A model generated the notes under the pieces. The model was not told the DNA's origin. It saw only the letters and a program-made list of their open reading frames with translations, and made no database searches. From Bacilli bacterium (lineage in GTDB: Bacteria; Bacillota_I; Bacilli_A; RFN20; CAG-826), in contig JAILIF010000030.1 of the NCBI GenBank assembly GCA_024695405.1, forward strand, positions 1-57,411: a stretch of DNA of 57,411 nt, written 5' to 3'. A program made the position numbers and the translations under genes. Of this stretch, positions 31,434 to 41,593 are shown piece after piece (the first letter of the stretch is position 1; every line of letters begins with the position of its first letter).

Positions 31434-33155
31434 TTAAGAGTTTATCTCTACTTTTTTCTTCTTTTTGTTTTGAATTAAAATTCGAATACCCGCAATAGCA
31501 AATATAAATAATACACCCAAAAATGTACCACTCATATCAATGAGTACATCTTCAAAAGCGCCTACTCTACCAGGCACTATTAATTGTATACATTCACTAA
31601 TAACGCCAAAGATTAATCCAACGCCTAATACACTTGCTATAGAAAGAAGAATTACCTTATTTGATTTATTCATATGTGCAAAATAAACATATAAGGATGT
31701 AAATATAGCAGCAATCATGAATAAGAATGCATGGCCACTAATGTACTTTCTAACAATGTAAGTGAAGGTTTCTATATTATCGTCATTAATATATCCTCTT
31801 GTTCTAACTTCAATTTTGATTTCATTGGACTTTAGATTAGGATCATCATTTGAGACAACATATAAAGTTGCATTTCCTTCTTTTAAACCAACAACAATAA
31901 GACCAGCTCCAACCATTTCAGCTTTGATAACCGAAGAGTCGCTGACAACTACTTGATAATTGAATTTTGTTATGTATGGAGCATCGTAATTAATACCCAC
32001 ATAAACTGACTTACTGTTATTTGCAATATAATAGCCATTATCGAGAACCATTTTAGGTTCTAGTAAAATATTAGTAGGTGTAATATGAGTTAATCTCATA
32101 TTATAATCTTTATAAATTGAAAGGTTATCAACACTAGTTGCTCTTACAGTGAAATCAACATCTCCATCACTAATATACTTATTTCCCCATACTCGTCCAT
32201 CTTGAGAAACATATGCAGCAAGAGGATTATCTACACTCCAAATTACACCTTTATCAGTAGGTTCATTACCTGAATCAGTATCGAATTCAACTTCTAACTG
32301 AGTATATTTATCGTAATCCAATCCCCTTACATAAACTGTATTATCACCTTTTACATTAATGTCGGTTACGTTTGATAAAGTTGACTCGTTAGCAGTCACT
32401 ATTACTTCGTTGTTCCATTCCTTAATACCATTAGAAACACTAATAGTTGTTTTGCCCGGTGCAATAGCTTTTAAATATTCTCCTCTAATAACTGCAACAG
32501 ATTCATCACTCGAAGTAAAAGATAATTTTGAGTAATCATAAAAGTGCTTATTTGTCTCTAAATCATTGGAAAAATTACCAACATTAAGATATTTAGATTG
32601 CCCAACAGTTAAATAATCACAGAAGAAATTAATTTCTTCTGGTGCTTTTCTTTCTATGATTGAATATCTATATTCTGCAGTTACACTATTATCAGCGTTA
32701 CAAATCGCTTTGATAGTTACATCGCCTAATTCCATTGCTTCTATATCAACATGTAAACCAGATTGAATGAGTTTAACTTTATCATTAGATGCAACATAAC
32801 TAATTGATTTATTAGTTGTTATTCTTGGAGAAATTGTAGCTTCAAGCCATTTCTCGCCACCAAGTGGAATTTCATGTTCATCATATCCATCAATATTGCT
32901 ACTTTTATATGAATCGTTTGAAATAAATATTTTATCCGAAAGAGTAATTTCTTCAGGTTTTACTATAGATGTATCTTCTTTTATCCCTAAAGCATCATTA
33001 ATTAAACCAACCCAAATATCTTTAGCCCATGAGTTCCATTTATCTGAAGTCTTTGGAACTATTGAAGAATGATAAAAAATAAAGCCATACGTTGTAAGGG
33101 CCATTCCCAGAAATATATATTTGAATACTTGTTTTACTTTTTCCTTCTTTTCCAT
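31434..33155 (-). CDS. VanZ-family membrane protein with inserted Ig-like (Big_2-like) domains
   Basis: N-terminal FIFYHSS; C-terminal VRK..GH.FLF and SECIQLIVPGRVGAFEDVLID; middle TSSDESVAVI and WSVDNPLAAYVSQDG motifs. Confidence 0.75.
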   Translation of the reverse strand: MEKKEKVKQVFKYIFLGMALTTYGFIFYHSSIVPKTSDKWNSWAKDIWVGLINDALGIKEDTSIVKPEEITLSDKIFISNDSYKSSNIDGYDEHEIPLGGEKWLEATISPRITTNKSISYVASNDKVKLIQSGLHVDIEAMELGDVTIKAICNADNSVTAEYRYSIIERKAPEEINFFCDYLTVGQSKYLNVGNFSNDLETNKHFYDYSKLSFTSSDESVAVIRGEYLKAIAPGKTTISVSNGIKEWNNEVIVTANESTLSNVTDINVKGDNTVYVRGLDYDKYTQLEVEFDTDSGNEPTDKGVIWSVDNPLAAYVSQDGRVWGNKYISDGDVDFTVRATSVDNLSIYKDYNMRLTHITPTNILLEPKMVLDNGYYIANNSKSVYVGINYDAPYITKFNYQVVVSDSSVIKAEMVGAGLIVVGLKEGNATLYVVSNDDPNLKSNEIKIEVRTRGYINDDNIETFTYIVRKYISGHAFLFMIAAIFTSLYVYFAHMNKSNKVILLSIASVLGVGLIFGVISECIQLIVPGRVGAFEDVLIDMSGTFLGVLFIFAIAGIRILIQNKKKKKVEINS

Positions 33156-33247
33156 ACAAAAGTGATAAATAAATTATATTAACTGCGGTTTTTATATTCA
33201 ACTTAACGATATAAAAAGTGCCATAAAATATGGCACTCTAATATAAT

Positions 33248-33796
33248 TTATTCGCCTTGTAAGGACTTTTCTAATTTATCTCTTGAATTAGTCCCATGGA
33301 AGTATTCATGAATGGTTAAACCAAACTCTATTGAATAATACATTGATTTAGCGGTTATGAAATCTCCATCTCTAACTACACCACATTCTCTTAAGTAATG
33401 TCCGCCAACAACCTTAGTTTCAAATCCAGGATGAACCGTATAATTCTTATCGAATAAATATCCAAGTTTTCCTACAAGATGAGGCGCTGCACATATAGCA
33501 GCAACTAATTTGTGCTTATTAGCATAATATTTAATAATTTCATCAACCAAATCAATAGAAGGCATAATTTTAAAACTTCCAGGACCCCCAGGGATAATTA
33601 AGCCGTCAAACTTCTTATAATCCACTTCTTCGATTTGATATTTTGCTACGGCTTTAGGGAATACTTTTGGAAATACTTCTTTTCTTCCCATTAAAGAAAC
33701 AGGAGTTACATCATCTCCACCCCTAGTTAATACATCAAGTGTAGCAAATGCTTCTACATCCTCAAATCCATCAACCATTAACATTAACAGTTTCAT
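33248..33796 (-). CDS. DJ-1/PfpI (ThiJ/YajL-like) protein
   Basis: DGFEDVEA, IIPGG, AAICAAP. Confidence 0.9.
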   Translation of the reverse strand: MKLLMLMVDGFEDVEAFATLDVLTRGGDDVTPVSLMGRKEVFPKVFPKAVAKYQIEEVDYKKFDGLIIPGGPGSFKIMPSIDLVDEIIKYYANKHKLVAAICAAPHLVGKLGYLFDKNYTVHPGFETKVVGGHYLRECGVVRDGDFITAKSMYYSIEFGLTIHEYFHGTNSRDKLEKSLQGE

Positions 33797-34757
33797 CGTT
33801 ATTTCCTCCTACATCTTTATATGCCTTAATAGGCAAATATTTAAATACTCCGTCAATATAACCAGGATATAAGTCGTATTTACCGCAAGAAATAGATTCC
33901 GCCATTCTTGAAGATCCAGCAAAGATAAGAATTAGTAACATACATCCAGTAATAGTCCAGTTAAATACACCATACGTTGCAATTCCAGCACCTATTACCA
34001 TCATATATAAGCTAACCCAAATGCCTTGTTCACCTAAATAATTAGGATGTCTAGAACGTTTCCATAATCCTTTAACACAGAAGCCTCTGTTGTATGGAGC
34101 AGGTAATTCATTTAATTTCATTCCTGAATTTAAATATTCATATTTTTTAACTTGGAATGCATTTTGCTGTTTATCAGCGATAACTTCGTAAGCTAAGAAA
34201 CCTAACGCAAACACAAATGAAAGAATATCAATTACACCAATACTAGCAGTAGATTCCATAACTGCTACACCAGGCAACGTAATTAATAAAACAACAAAGT
34301 TTTGGTAAAAACAAATAAACAATAAATCGAATATTGCCCAAATTATTTTGTTATTAAATGGCTTTTGAGCCCTTAAATATTTCCATCTATAATCTTCTTC
34401 ACCTTGCCAGAATTTAATGCTGTATGCGCCTTTTTTCGCAAAATTATAGGTAAGTCTAACTCCCCAGAGAGTGATAACTATTGCCATCAAAATAAGACGG
34501 ACTTTAAATTCACCTTTAATCATAATGACAAATGCATAAACAATTGGAAGAACACTCCAAAGTTTATCCATTTGTGAATTGTTACGTGATATTTCTCCTG
34601 CGATAAAGCAATACGCTACAGAGCATCCACAAATAATGCCTAAAATAATTAATGTATCTTTTTGTAGTTCTGATAAATTAAACCCAGCAATCCATCCAAC
34701 TACTATTAATGAAATTGCGATTAAAGAAGTAATAATTAAACTGATTTTATCTTTCAT
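33771..34757 (-). CDS. DUF1295 (steroid 5-alpha-reductase-like) membrane protein
   Basis: NNSQMDKLWS, EDYRW, GLWKRSRHPNYLGE. Confidence 0.88.
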   Translation of the reverse strand: MKDKISLIITSLIAISLIVVGWIAGFNLSELQKDTLIILGIICGCSVAYCFIAGEISRNNSQMDKLWSVLPIVYAFVIMIKGEFKVRLILMAIVITLWGVRLTYNFAKKGAYSIKFWQGEEDYRWKYLRAQKPFNNKIIWAIFDLLFICFYQNFVVLLITLPGVAVMESTASIGVIDILSFVFALGFLAYEVIADKQQNAFQVKKYEYLNSGMKLNELPAPYNRGFCVKGLWKRSRHPNYLGEQGIWVSLYMMVIGAGIATYGVFNWTITGCMLLILIFAGSSRMAESISCGKYDLYPGYIDGVFKYLPIKAYKDVGGNNDETVNVNG

Positions 34758-34846
34758 ACGAAGACTCCTTAACTATTATTAAACAAAAAAAGACAAACAT
34801 TTAAAACGTTAATCTTTTTATTTTATTTGTGAAATATTGCGTTAAT

Positions 34847-35695
34847 TTAAATTAAAACTAGTAAGAAACCAATTAATAAACCAATTAATAACATAAATCC
34901 AGGAAGCTTAGACTTCCAAATAAGAAGTGATTCAGGAATTAATTCATCAAAAACAACATATAACATAGCGCCACTTGCCAAAGATAAAGAAATAGATAAG
35001 GCAATTGGATCAATCATGCCTAAAGCAAATCCTAAAACTGCTCCTGCAACAGTAGGCAAACCACTAACTGCAGTTAAAAGAATTGCTTTCCACTTTTTCG
35101 CTCCTCCAGAAATAAGAGGAACACTAACAGCCATTCCTTCTGGAATATTGTGCAAACCAATGACGATTGCTATGAGCAATGCACTACCACCCATAATTAA
35201 TTCAGGCTGTTTTGCGTAAGTAGCACCAATAACCATACCTTCAGGGAAATTATGTAACGCAATAACTAAAAGCATTACTACTCCAGCCCAGAATAAACGA
35301 TTATCGCTTTTTCTATGATGTTCAAGATGATCAGCATGAATCATTTCATCTAAGTCATCATGAACATTTGGGTGATCTTCTCTAGAAGTATGTTCAACTT
35401 CTTTTCCTAACTTCTTATCAATAAAATGATTTAATACTGCAACTAAACAGAATCCTAAAAAAGTAAATCCAACTATTAATAAAGGAGGTTCACTAACTCC
35501 TTCAATAGGATTAAGTGCTTCAGTTAATAAGTCAAAGCAAACAACTGCAAGCATAATTCCACCTGCAAATGCTAATAACAAAGAAACAATTTTCCTAGAA
35601 TCCTTTTTACATAAAGCGCCGATTAATCCACCGATTCCAGTGCCTACGAATCCTGCTAAGAATGTTATTAAAATAATCCAACCAACATTTTCCAT
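34847..35695 (-). CDS. ZIP (ZupT/GufA) metal transporter with His-rich loop
   Basis: LHNFPEG and LHNIPEG; His-rich loop. Start moved to ATG 35695, 9 nt after TTGCTT-N16-TATAAT. Confidence 0.9.
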   Translation of the reverse strand: MENVGWIILITFLAGFVGTGIGGLIGALCKKDSRKIVSLLLAFAGGIMLAVVCFDLLTEALNPIEGVSEPPLLIVGFTFLGFCLVAVLNHFIDKKLGKEVEHTSREDHPNVHDDLDEMIHADHLEHHRKSDNRLFWAGVVMLLVIALHNFPEGMVIGATYAKQPELIMGGSALLIAIVIGLHNIPEGMAVSVPLISGGAKKWKAILLTAVSGLPTVAGAVLGFALGMIDPIALSISLSLASGAMLYVVFDELIPESLLIWKSKLPGFMLLIGLLIGFLLVLI

Positions 35696-35749
35696 GCCGG
35701 TAGCATTATAAGTAATAAAGTTAACAAAGCAAAACAAAATTAACATGTA

Positions 35750-35890
35750 TAAAGAAAGCAGGGATATAATCCCTGCTCTTTTTGCGAAAGTTTAAGTTTG
35801 TTTGCCGATATAATTTTTTTTACTTAGTTTTTGTGTCTCCCTCCTAAATACAAAAATAGTATTATCAATGATAATGCATTTTGTGAAATT
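35750..35890 (-). ncRNA. Candidate small RNA (or gene-deletion scar)
   Basis: Own terminator hairpin 35757-35777, SD-like AGGAGGGAG with no ATG after it, 22-nt motif shared with the rubrerythrin 3' UTR, upstream 11-bp-periodic direct repeat. Confidence 0.35.
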
Positions 35891-36011
35891 ATGCTACTAC
35901 TTGCAATGTCACAGAAGTGCCACAAGAAGAAAAAAATATAAAAAGTTAACAAAATTTCAAAAACAAAAGGCATATAAATATGCCTTTTAGCGAAAGTTTA
36001 AGTTTGTTTGC
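35784..36011. repeat. Exact 22-bp direct repeat GCGAAAGTTTAAGTTTGTTTGC (35784-35805, 35990-36011)
   Basis: Read directly; each copy precedes a different terminator hairpin on the minus strand. Confidence 0.9.
35958..35988 (-). terminator. Terminator of the flavodiiron-rubrerythrin operon
   Basis: AAAAGGCATAT-TT-ATATGCCTTTT hairpin with T-rich tail. Confidence 0.75.
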
Positions 36012-36030
36012 TGATTTTAAAATTTTATTA

Positions 36031-36579
36031 CTATTTGAAATAGCGCTTTAGCATTGCTTCTAAAGCTGCACCATGACGTTGCTCGTCTTTTGCCATTTCA
36101 TGAACTGCATCATGAATTGCGTCATAATTGAGTTCTTTTGCTTTTTTAGCAATATCTAACTTAGAAGCACAAGCACCATTTTCACCAGCTAACATTTTTT
36201 CAATGTTTGCTTTTGTGTCTTCTACTAATACTTCGCCTAATAATTCAGCGAATTTAGCTGCGTGTTCTGCTTCTTCTTTGGCGATTTCTTCGAAAAGCAT
36301 TGCGATTTCAGGATATCCTTCTCTTAATGCTTGACGGGCCATTGCTTTGTACATTCCTACTTCAGAGCATTCACCTTTAAAGTGATCCCTACAGCCTTGA
36401 AGTACGAATTCATCAACACCTTTAGCTACGCCAATGTCATGCTTACAAGCCCAAGTTAAATTACCAACTTTTTCTTCTTTTATTGGTTCTAACTTAGAAA
36501 AGTCTGCACCACAGATAGGGCATCTTTCACCTTCTTTAACTTCAACGATTTGTCCACATACTTTACAACGATATTTCAT
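36031..36579 (-). CDS. Reverse rubrerythrin (N-terminal rubredoxin plus ferritin-like domain; NADH peroxidase type)
   Basis: CKVCG...CPICG; GECSEVGMY, EEAEHA, DEQRHG. ATG 36579 with SD AGGAGGTG. Confidence 0.9.
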   Translation of the reverse strand: MKYRCKVCGQIVEVKEGERCPICGADFSKLEPIKEEKVGNLTWACKHDIGVAKGVDEFVLQGCRDHFKGECSEVGMYKAMARQALREGYPEIAMLFEEIAKEEAEHAAKFAELLGEVLVEDTKANIEKMLAGENGACASKLDIAKKAKELNYDAIHDAVHEMAKDEQRHGAALEAMLKRYFK

Positions 36580-36612
36580 TTTGTTCACCTCCTAAAAATG
36601 AAAAACATATGT

Positions 36613-38400
36613 TTAATTTATTTTTACAAAATCACTTGCACCATGTTTGCATAATGGGCAAACATAGTCTTCTGGTAGGTTTTCACCTTCATAGACATAT
36701 CCACATACTTTACAAACCCAGCCAGTTTTCTTAGTTTCTGGTTTTGGCTTTACAAAATTTTGATAATAATTATATGTCATTGTTTCTTTAGATGACATCA
36801 CTTTTGACTCTTCAACGCTACAGATAAACATTAAATGTGTATCTAAATCTATGATTTGTTCAACATTAAGTGACATGAAAGCGTTTATATAATTAGGTAA
36901 TACCACTAATCCGTTTAAACTTCTAATTACTTCTACTCCTTCAAACTTATTAACGTCTTTACCACTTCTAAATCCATATGACTTAAAAACTTCAAAAGGA
37001 GTATCAATGCTTAAACAGTTAACATTCAACTTTTTAGTTTTCTTAATTACTTCGCATGAATAATTCGCTTTATTGATGTTAACCGCGATTCTATTTGGTT
37101 TATCTGTTAATTGAGTAACTGTATTAACAATTAAACCATTATCGCGTTTTCCATCATTTGAAGTTACTACATATAATCCATACCCAATGTTATATAGAGC
37201 TTTTGGATCATTAGATGCTATCTTAACTTCATTTCTAGCGATATATTCTTCACAAAGTGAAGATGCTAATTTTTCGATGGATTCCTTATTTTCATCAGTC
37301 ATACTAGACATGATTTTAATAACAGGTTCTACGAATGTTACGTTCTTACTATTAACAAACTTATCTTTAATAACTTTAGCTGCCATAGGAGCCCAAGTAC
37401 CATTTTCAATAATTGCAACAGTTCTATTTTGATAATTCCTTTCTAACAAATGGTTAATAAATTCATCCATAAAAGGGAAAATACCAGCGTTATAAGTAGT
37501 TGTCGCTAAAACAATCTTAGAATATTTAAATGCATCTTCTACTGATTTAGCCATATCTTCTCTAGCCAAATCCACTAATGTACACTTAGGGCAGTTATAT
37601 TTTTTAAGTTTATTAAATAAAAGTTCTGCTGCTTCTTTAGTATGACCATAAACTGAGGTATAGAAAACCGCTACACCATCTACTTCAGGTCTATAAGATG
37701 ACCAAATGTCATATAAATTAATATAATATCCTAAATTTTCATTGAGGATTGGCCCGTGTAATGGACAAATTATTTGAATATCTAAAGTACTTGCCTTCTT
37801 AAGAAGATTTTGAACTTGAGCACCATATTTACCTACGATACCAAAATAATATCTTCTTGCTTCAAATGCCCAATCTTCTTCTACATCTAGCGCGCCAAAC
37901 TTACCAAATCCATCAGCAGAGAATAAAACTTTATCTTCTGAATCATAAGTCACCATTACTTCTGGCCAGTGAACCATTGGTGCAAATACAAATGTGAAAT
38001 TATGATGCCCGGTTTTTAAGAATCCACCATCTTCAACTTCCATTTTATTTTTAATATCCTCATGGAAGAATTGATTCATCATAACGAACGTTTTCTTATT
38101 TCCTATTACAAATGTATCAGGATATTCCTTAAGGAATCTCATAATATTAGCGGAATGATCAGGCTCCATATGTTGGACAACTAAGAAATTTGGTTTACGG
38201 CCATTTAATACAGCTTTAATGTTTTTGATCCACTCGTCATAGAAATTAATATCAACAGTATCAAAGATAACAATTAAATCATCATCGACTAAATATGAGT
38301 TGTATGCCATTCCATTTGGAACAACATATTGTCCTTCAAATAAATCGATCTTGTGGTCATTAACACCAACATAATAAATACTATTTGTAACTTTTTTCAT
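36613..38400 (-). CDS. Flavodiiron protein (FprA) with fused flavin-reductase and rubredoxin domains
   Basis: HMEPDHS, VHWPE, FSADGFG, flavodoxin SVYGHT; then IGYGLYVVT flavin-reductase-like domain; C-terminal CKVCGY...CPLCKH. Confidence 0.9.
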   Translation of the reverse strand: MKKVTNSIYYVGVNDHKIDLFEGQYVVPNGMAYNSYLVDDDLIVIFDTVDINFYDEWIKNIKAVLNGRKPNFLVVQHMEPDHSANIMRFLKEYPDTFVIGNKKTFVMMNQFFHEDIKNKMEVEDGGFLKTGHHNFTFVFAPMVHWPEVMVTYDSEDKVLFSADGFGKFGALDVEEDWAFEARRYYFGIVGKYGAQVQNLLKKASTLDIQIICPLHGPILNENLGYYINLYDIWSSYRPEVDGVAVFYTSVYGHTKEAAELLFNKLKKYNCPKCTLVDLAREDMAKSVEDAFKYSKIVLATTTYNAGIFPFMDEFINHLLERNYQNRTVAIIENGTWAPMAAKVIKDKFVNSKNVTFVEPVIKIMSSMTDENKESIEKLASSLCEEYIARNEVKIASNDPKALYNIGYGLYVVTSNDGKRDNGLIVNTVTQLTDKPNRIAVNINKANYSCEVIKKTKKLNVNCLSIDTPFEVFKSYGFRSGKDVNKFEGVEVIRSLNGLVVLPNYINAFMSLNVEQIIDLDTHLMFICSVEESKVMSSKETMTYNYYQNFVKPKPETKKTGWVCKVCGYVYEGENLPEDYVCPLCKHGASDFVKIN

Positions 38401-38431
38401 AACAATACCTTATAGTTCCCTTCCAATAAAA

Positions 38432-38446
38432 TTTTGATAATCAAAA
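38432..38446. promoter_or_regulatory. Putative operator upstream of the flavodiiron gene
   Basis: Perfect 7-1-7 palindrome TTTTGAT-A-ATCAAAA containing a TGATAAT Fur/PerR-like half-site. Confidence 0.4.
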
Positions 38447-38598
38447 CAATTAAATGTAAAGCCTAAAAACTTCTTGAATGTTCTTTTAAAATTCTCTATC
38501 AATTTAGATAATAAGATAATTGGTTGTTTTAAACAACTGCAAAATAAAAAAGATGAATTATTCCTAATCCATCTCTTAAACCTAAAAATTATTATTCT

Positions 38599-40890
38599 TT
38601 ATTCTGGGACCTTAAGTGCTTCTACCATGTCTATCTTTCTATTCTTTCTAGCTACCATTAATGAAACTAGGAATGAAACACCAAACATTACAATTGCTGG
38701 AATAACGAATGTCATCCAACCAAATATCATCTTCATTTCGTATTCAGAAGCCAAAGCTTTCATTAATACACATGTGATTCCTATGCCCGCTGGTAAGCCA
38801 ACTAGGAATCCAACTACTGTAAGCCACATATTTTGAGTAATTAATAACTTACCAATACGTTTATCTCTAAAGCCAACTACTTTCAATGTTGATAATTCTC
38901 TATATCTTTCAAAATATGACATAGTTCCTAAATTATATAAAACAACAATTCCTAAGATAATTGAAAGGACAATAAGCGCGCCAATCATTACATACATAAC
39001 TTCCATGAAACTATCGAATGATTTAATGATGTCGTTTCTACTTTTTGTAGTGCTTATATAGTCTCCAAAAGCAGTATCTTTGCTAATATTTTCTTTTGTC
39101 TTATTAGTAAATAATTGGTTGATTTTATAAATAATACCTATCTCATCTGCGTATTTTTGGCTCATTACAACACCCTTAGTTAATGTTCTAAGTTCACCCG
39201 CTAGTTTTAAAGTATATTTTGCATCACTACCAAATATTGAGACTTCAAATTTATCACCTATTTTTAAGTTATTTGATTCGATTAATCTTTGTCCAAGATA
39301 AACGCCTGTATCTTCTAAAGTTAAGAAATCCATATTAGGATCAAGGAATTTAACATAGTCATGACTTACATGATAAATATCCATTGCGATTGCTTCTTCA
39401 TTTAATGAAACATTTGTAGATGCAGAGTAATCAGCGTCATAATAGCTAACCATTTCTAATGCTTTCTCATTTGTAGTTTCTTCTTTTAAAGAAATCTGAG
39501 ATTCATAATTCATTGATCCATAATAGAATTTGTTAACAAATCCTTTCATAGAATCCATCATTAGGAAAGATGCAACAAGTAAGACAGTACATCCAAATAC
39601 GCCAAATAAAGTCATGGAGCTTCTAGCTTTATGTCTAAATAAATCTCTTAGATTCCACTTAGTGGAAAACTTTAGTCTTCTCCATCCTTTAGAATCTTCA
39701 ATCTTTAATCTCTTCATTGCTTTTGGTGTATATGGCTTTAATGCATCTGCAGCATTGCCTTTTAACATATTCTTAGCAGCGAAATATGAAATTAATGTCA
39801 TAAATCCTACTACACCCGCAACTACTAAGAATGTCCACCATGGCATATGAATTGCCCAGCTAGGTAAATCAAAATATGTTCCCATTGATCCACCTGGATT
39901 AAAGATATACCAAGCGATAAAGTAGCCAAAAACTATACCTAAGATGCTTCCAACTAATCCAATAAATAACCCAAATAATGTATAGTGTCTTACAATTTTA
40001 GAATCTCTAAAGCCTAAAGCTTTCAATGTTCCAATTTGAGTTTTCTCGTTAATTGTTAGTCTTTGCATTGTAGTAGCCATAATCAAAACCGCAATGCCTA
40101 AAAATATAACTGGAAGAATTGAAGCCATTGTTTTACCTTCGCTAGCTTCACCTTGCGCTTCTGAATATGACGCAACTTCATCTTTAGTTAACAAAAGATT
40201 AGTTCTTCCAAGCTTTTCATTAGCTTTATCAGAGAATTCTTTCTTTTCTAAATCACTAATAACGTGGATTTCTGGATATAATTCAAATCCACCTAATGCG
40301 TTTTTATACATTTCTGGGGATATGTAAACATAACCATATGTATCGAAATCTGGCATCATTTGATTTTCACCAGGTGTACAAATTAAGTATTCTGAAGACT
40401 TAATAAGTCCTTTTATCTTACCTGTAATAGAAATAGCACCATACTTTAATGTCATTTCATCATTTAACTTATAATCATTCTTTTCTGCATACATATCACT
40501 AATCCAAATTGAATCAGATGCAGTAGAATCATAATCTTCACCACTTATAACAATGAATCCAGATACTTCAAAATTTGTTGTTACAGTTACAGCAACTACA
40601 TCGTTTTGCTTAGATTCATTAGTTTTTGCGGACACATAGCGAGAAACTTTCTCAACACCACTAATTGTAGATATCTTATCCATTTCCTCACTAGAATAGC
40701 CTGTTTCGCATACTAAACGATAATCTGCAAAACCAGTTGAATCGTAAAAAGAAAAGGTATCGTCTTGAATAGATTTCCATTCACCTTGGAATCCTACAAA
40801 GACGCCTACCCCCAATAAAACCATGATAATCATGGATATAAATTGTGCTTTGTATCTCCAAATTGTTCTTAATAATTTTCTAAAAAGCAT
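38599..40890 (-). CDS. FtsX-like ABC permease (two permease modules)
   Basis: EKTQIGTLKALGF and ERYRELSTLKVVGF; ATG 40890 just after the ATPase stop. Confidence 0.9.
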   Translation of the reverse strand: MLFRKLLRTIWRYKAQFISMIIMVLLGVGVFVGFQGEWKSIQDDTFSFYDSTGFADYRLVCETGYSSEEMDKISTISGVEKVSRYVSAKTNESKQNDVVAVTVTTNFEVSGFIVISGEDYDSTASDSIWISDMYAEKNDYKLNDEMTLKYGAISITGKIKGLIKSSEYLICTPGENQMMPDFDTYGYVYISPEMYKNALGGFELYPEIHVISDLEKKEFSDKANEKLGRTNLLLTKDEVASYSEAQGEASEGKTMASILPVIFLGIAVLIMATTMQRLTINEKTQIGTLKALGFRDSKIVRHYTLFGLFIGLVGSILGIVFGYFIAWYIFNPGGSMGTYFDLPSWAIHMPWWTFLVVAGVVGFMTLISYFAAKNMLKGNAADALKPYTPKAMKRLKIEDSKGWRRLKFSTKWNLRDLFRHKARSSMTLFGVFGCTVLLVASFLMMDSMKGFVNKFYYGSMNYESQISLKEETTNEKALEMVSYYDADYSASTNVSLNEEAIAMDIYHVSHDYVKFLDPNMDFLTLEDTGVYLGQRLIESNNLKIGDKFEVSIFGSDAKYTLKLAGELRTLTKGVVMSQKYADEIGIIYKINQLFTNKTKENISKDTAFGDYISTTKSRNDIIKSFDSFMEVMYVMIGALIVLSIILGIVVLYNLGTMSYFERYRELSTLKVVGFRDKRIGKLLITQNMWLTVVGFLVGLPAGIGITCVLMKALASEYEMKMIFGWMTFVIPAIVMFGVSFLVSLMVARKNRKIDMVEALKVPE

Positions 40891-40891
40891 A

Positions 40892-41593
40892 TTACCAATC
40901 CACCTCATCTACACTTAATGGCTTATCTTGATTGATAATTTCTTTAATATGACCTGACTTTACTCTAATTATTACGTCCGCCATTTTTGCAATGTTTTGG
41001 TTATGAGTAACTATAATAATTGTTTTATGATAGTTTCTTGCCATATTAAGCAATACTTTTAAAACCATCGCGCCAGTTTCACTATCAAGTGCGCCAGTTG
41101 GTTCATCGCATAATAAAATCTTAGGATTCTTAGCTAGCGCTCTAGCAATAGAAACTCTTTGCTGTTCACCACCACTTAATTCTGATGGGAATTTATCTTT
41201 ATGATCACCCAAACCAACTTGTTCTAACATTTCATTAACTGATAAAGGATCTTTAACAATCTCTTTAACCAACGAAACATTTTCAAAGACAGTTAATGTA
41301 GGAATTAAGTTATAAGATTGAAATACGAAGCCAACTGTTTCAGCGCGATAATCTGCTAATTCATTGTTGTTTAAAGTAGAAATGTCTTTATTATTAACTA
41401 CGATAGTTCCTGATGTAGGAGAATCTAAACCTCCTAATAGATTAAGCAATGTAGATTTTCCTGCACCACTAGGACCGAGAATAACAATAAACTTACCAGA
41501 TTTTAAGTCTAGATTTACGTTATCTAAAGCTTTTTGTTCATGGTCACCAACTTTATAAATTCGGCTTACATTTTTAAAATTAATCAAATTCAT
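40892..41593 (-). CDS. ABC transporter ATP-binding protein (LolD/MacB type)
   Basis: GPSGAGKST, LSGGEQQR, LCDEPTGALD. Confidence 0.95.
   Translation of the reverse strand: MNLINFKNVSRIYKVGDHEQKALDNVNLDLKSGKFIVILGPSGAGKSTLLNLLGGLDSPTSGTIVVNNKDISTLNNNELADYRAETVGFVFQSYNLIPTLTVFENVSLVKEIVKDPLSVNEMLEQVGLGDHKDKFPSELSGGEQQRVSIARALAKNPKILLCDEPTGALDSETGAMVLKVLLNMARNYHKTIIIVTHNQNIAKMADVIIRVKSGHIKEIINQDKPLSVDEVDW

Noticed and set aside
35868-35990. 40-aa Lys-rich plus-strand ORF (MIMHFVKLC...)
   Set aside because: No SD, composition explained by A-tracts, and it runs through a terminator hairpin.
35784-36011. 22-bp direct repeat as a mini-CRISPR or att site
   Set aside because: Only two copies with a 184-bp spacer, and no cas or integrase gene in the window.
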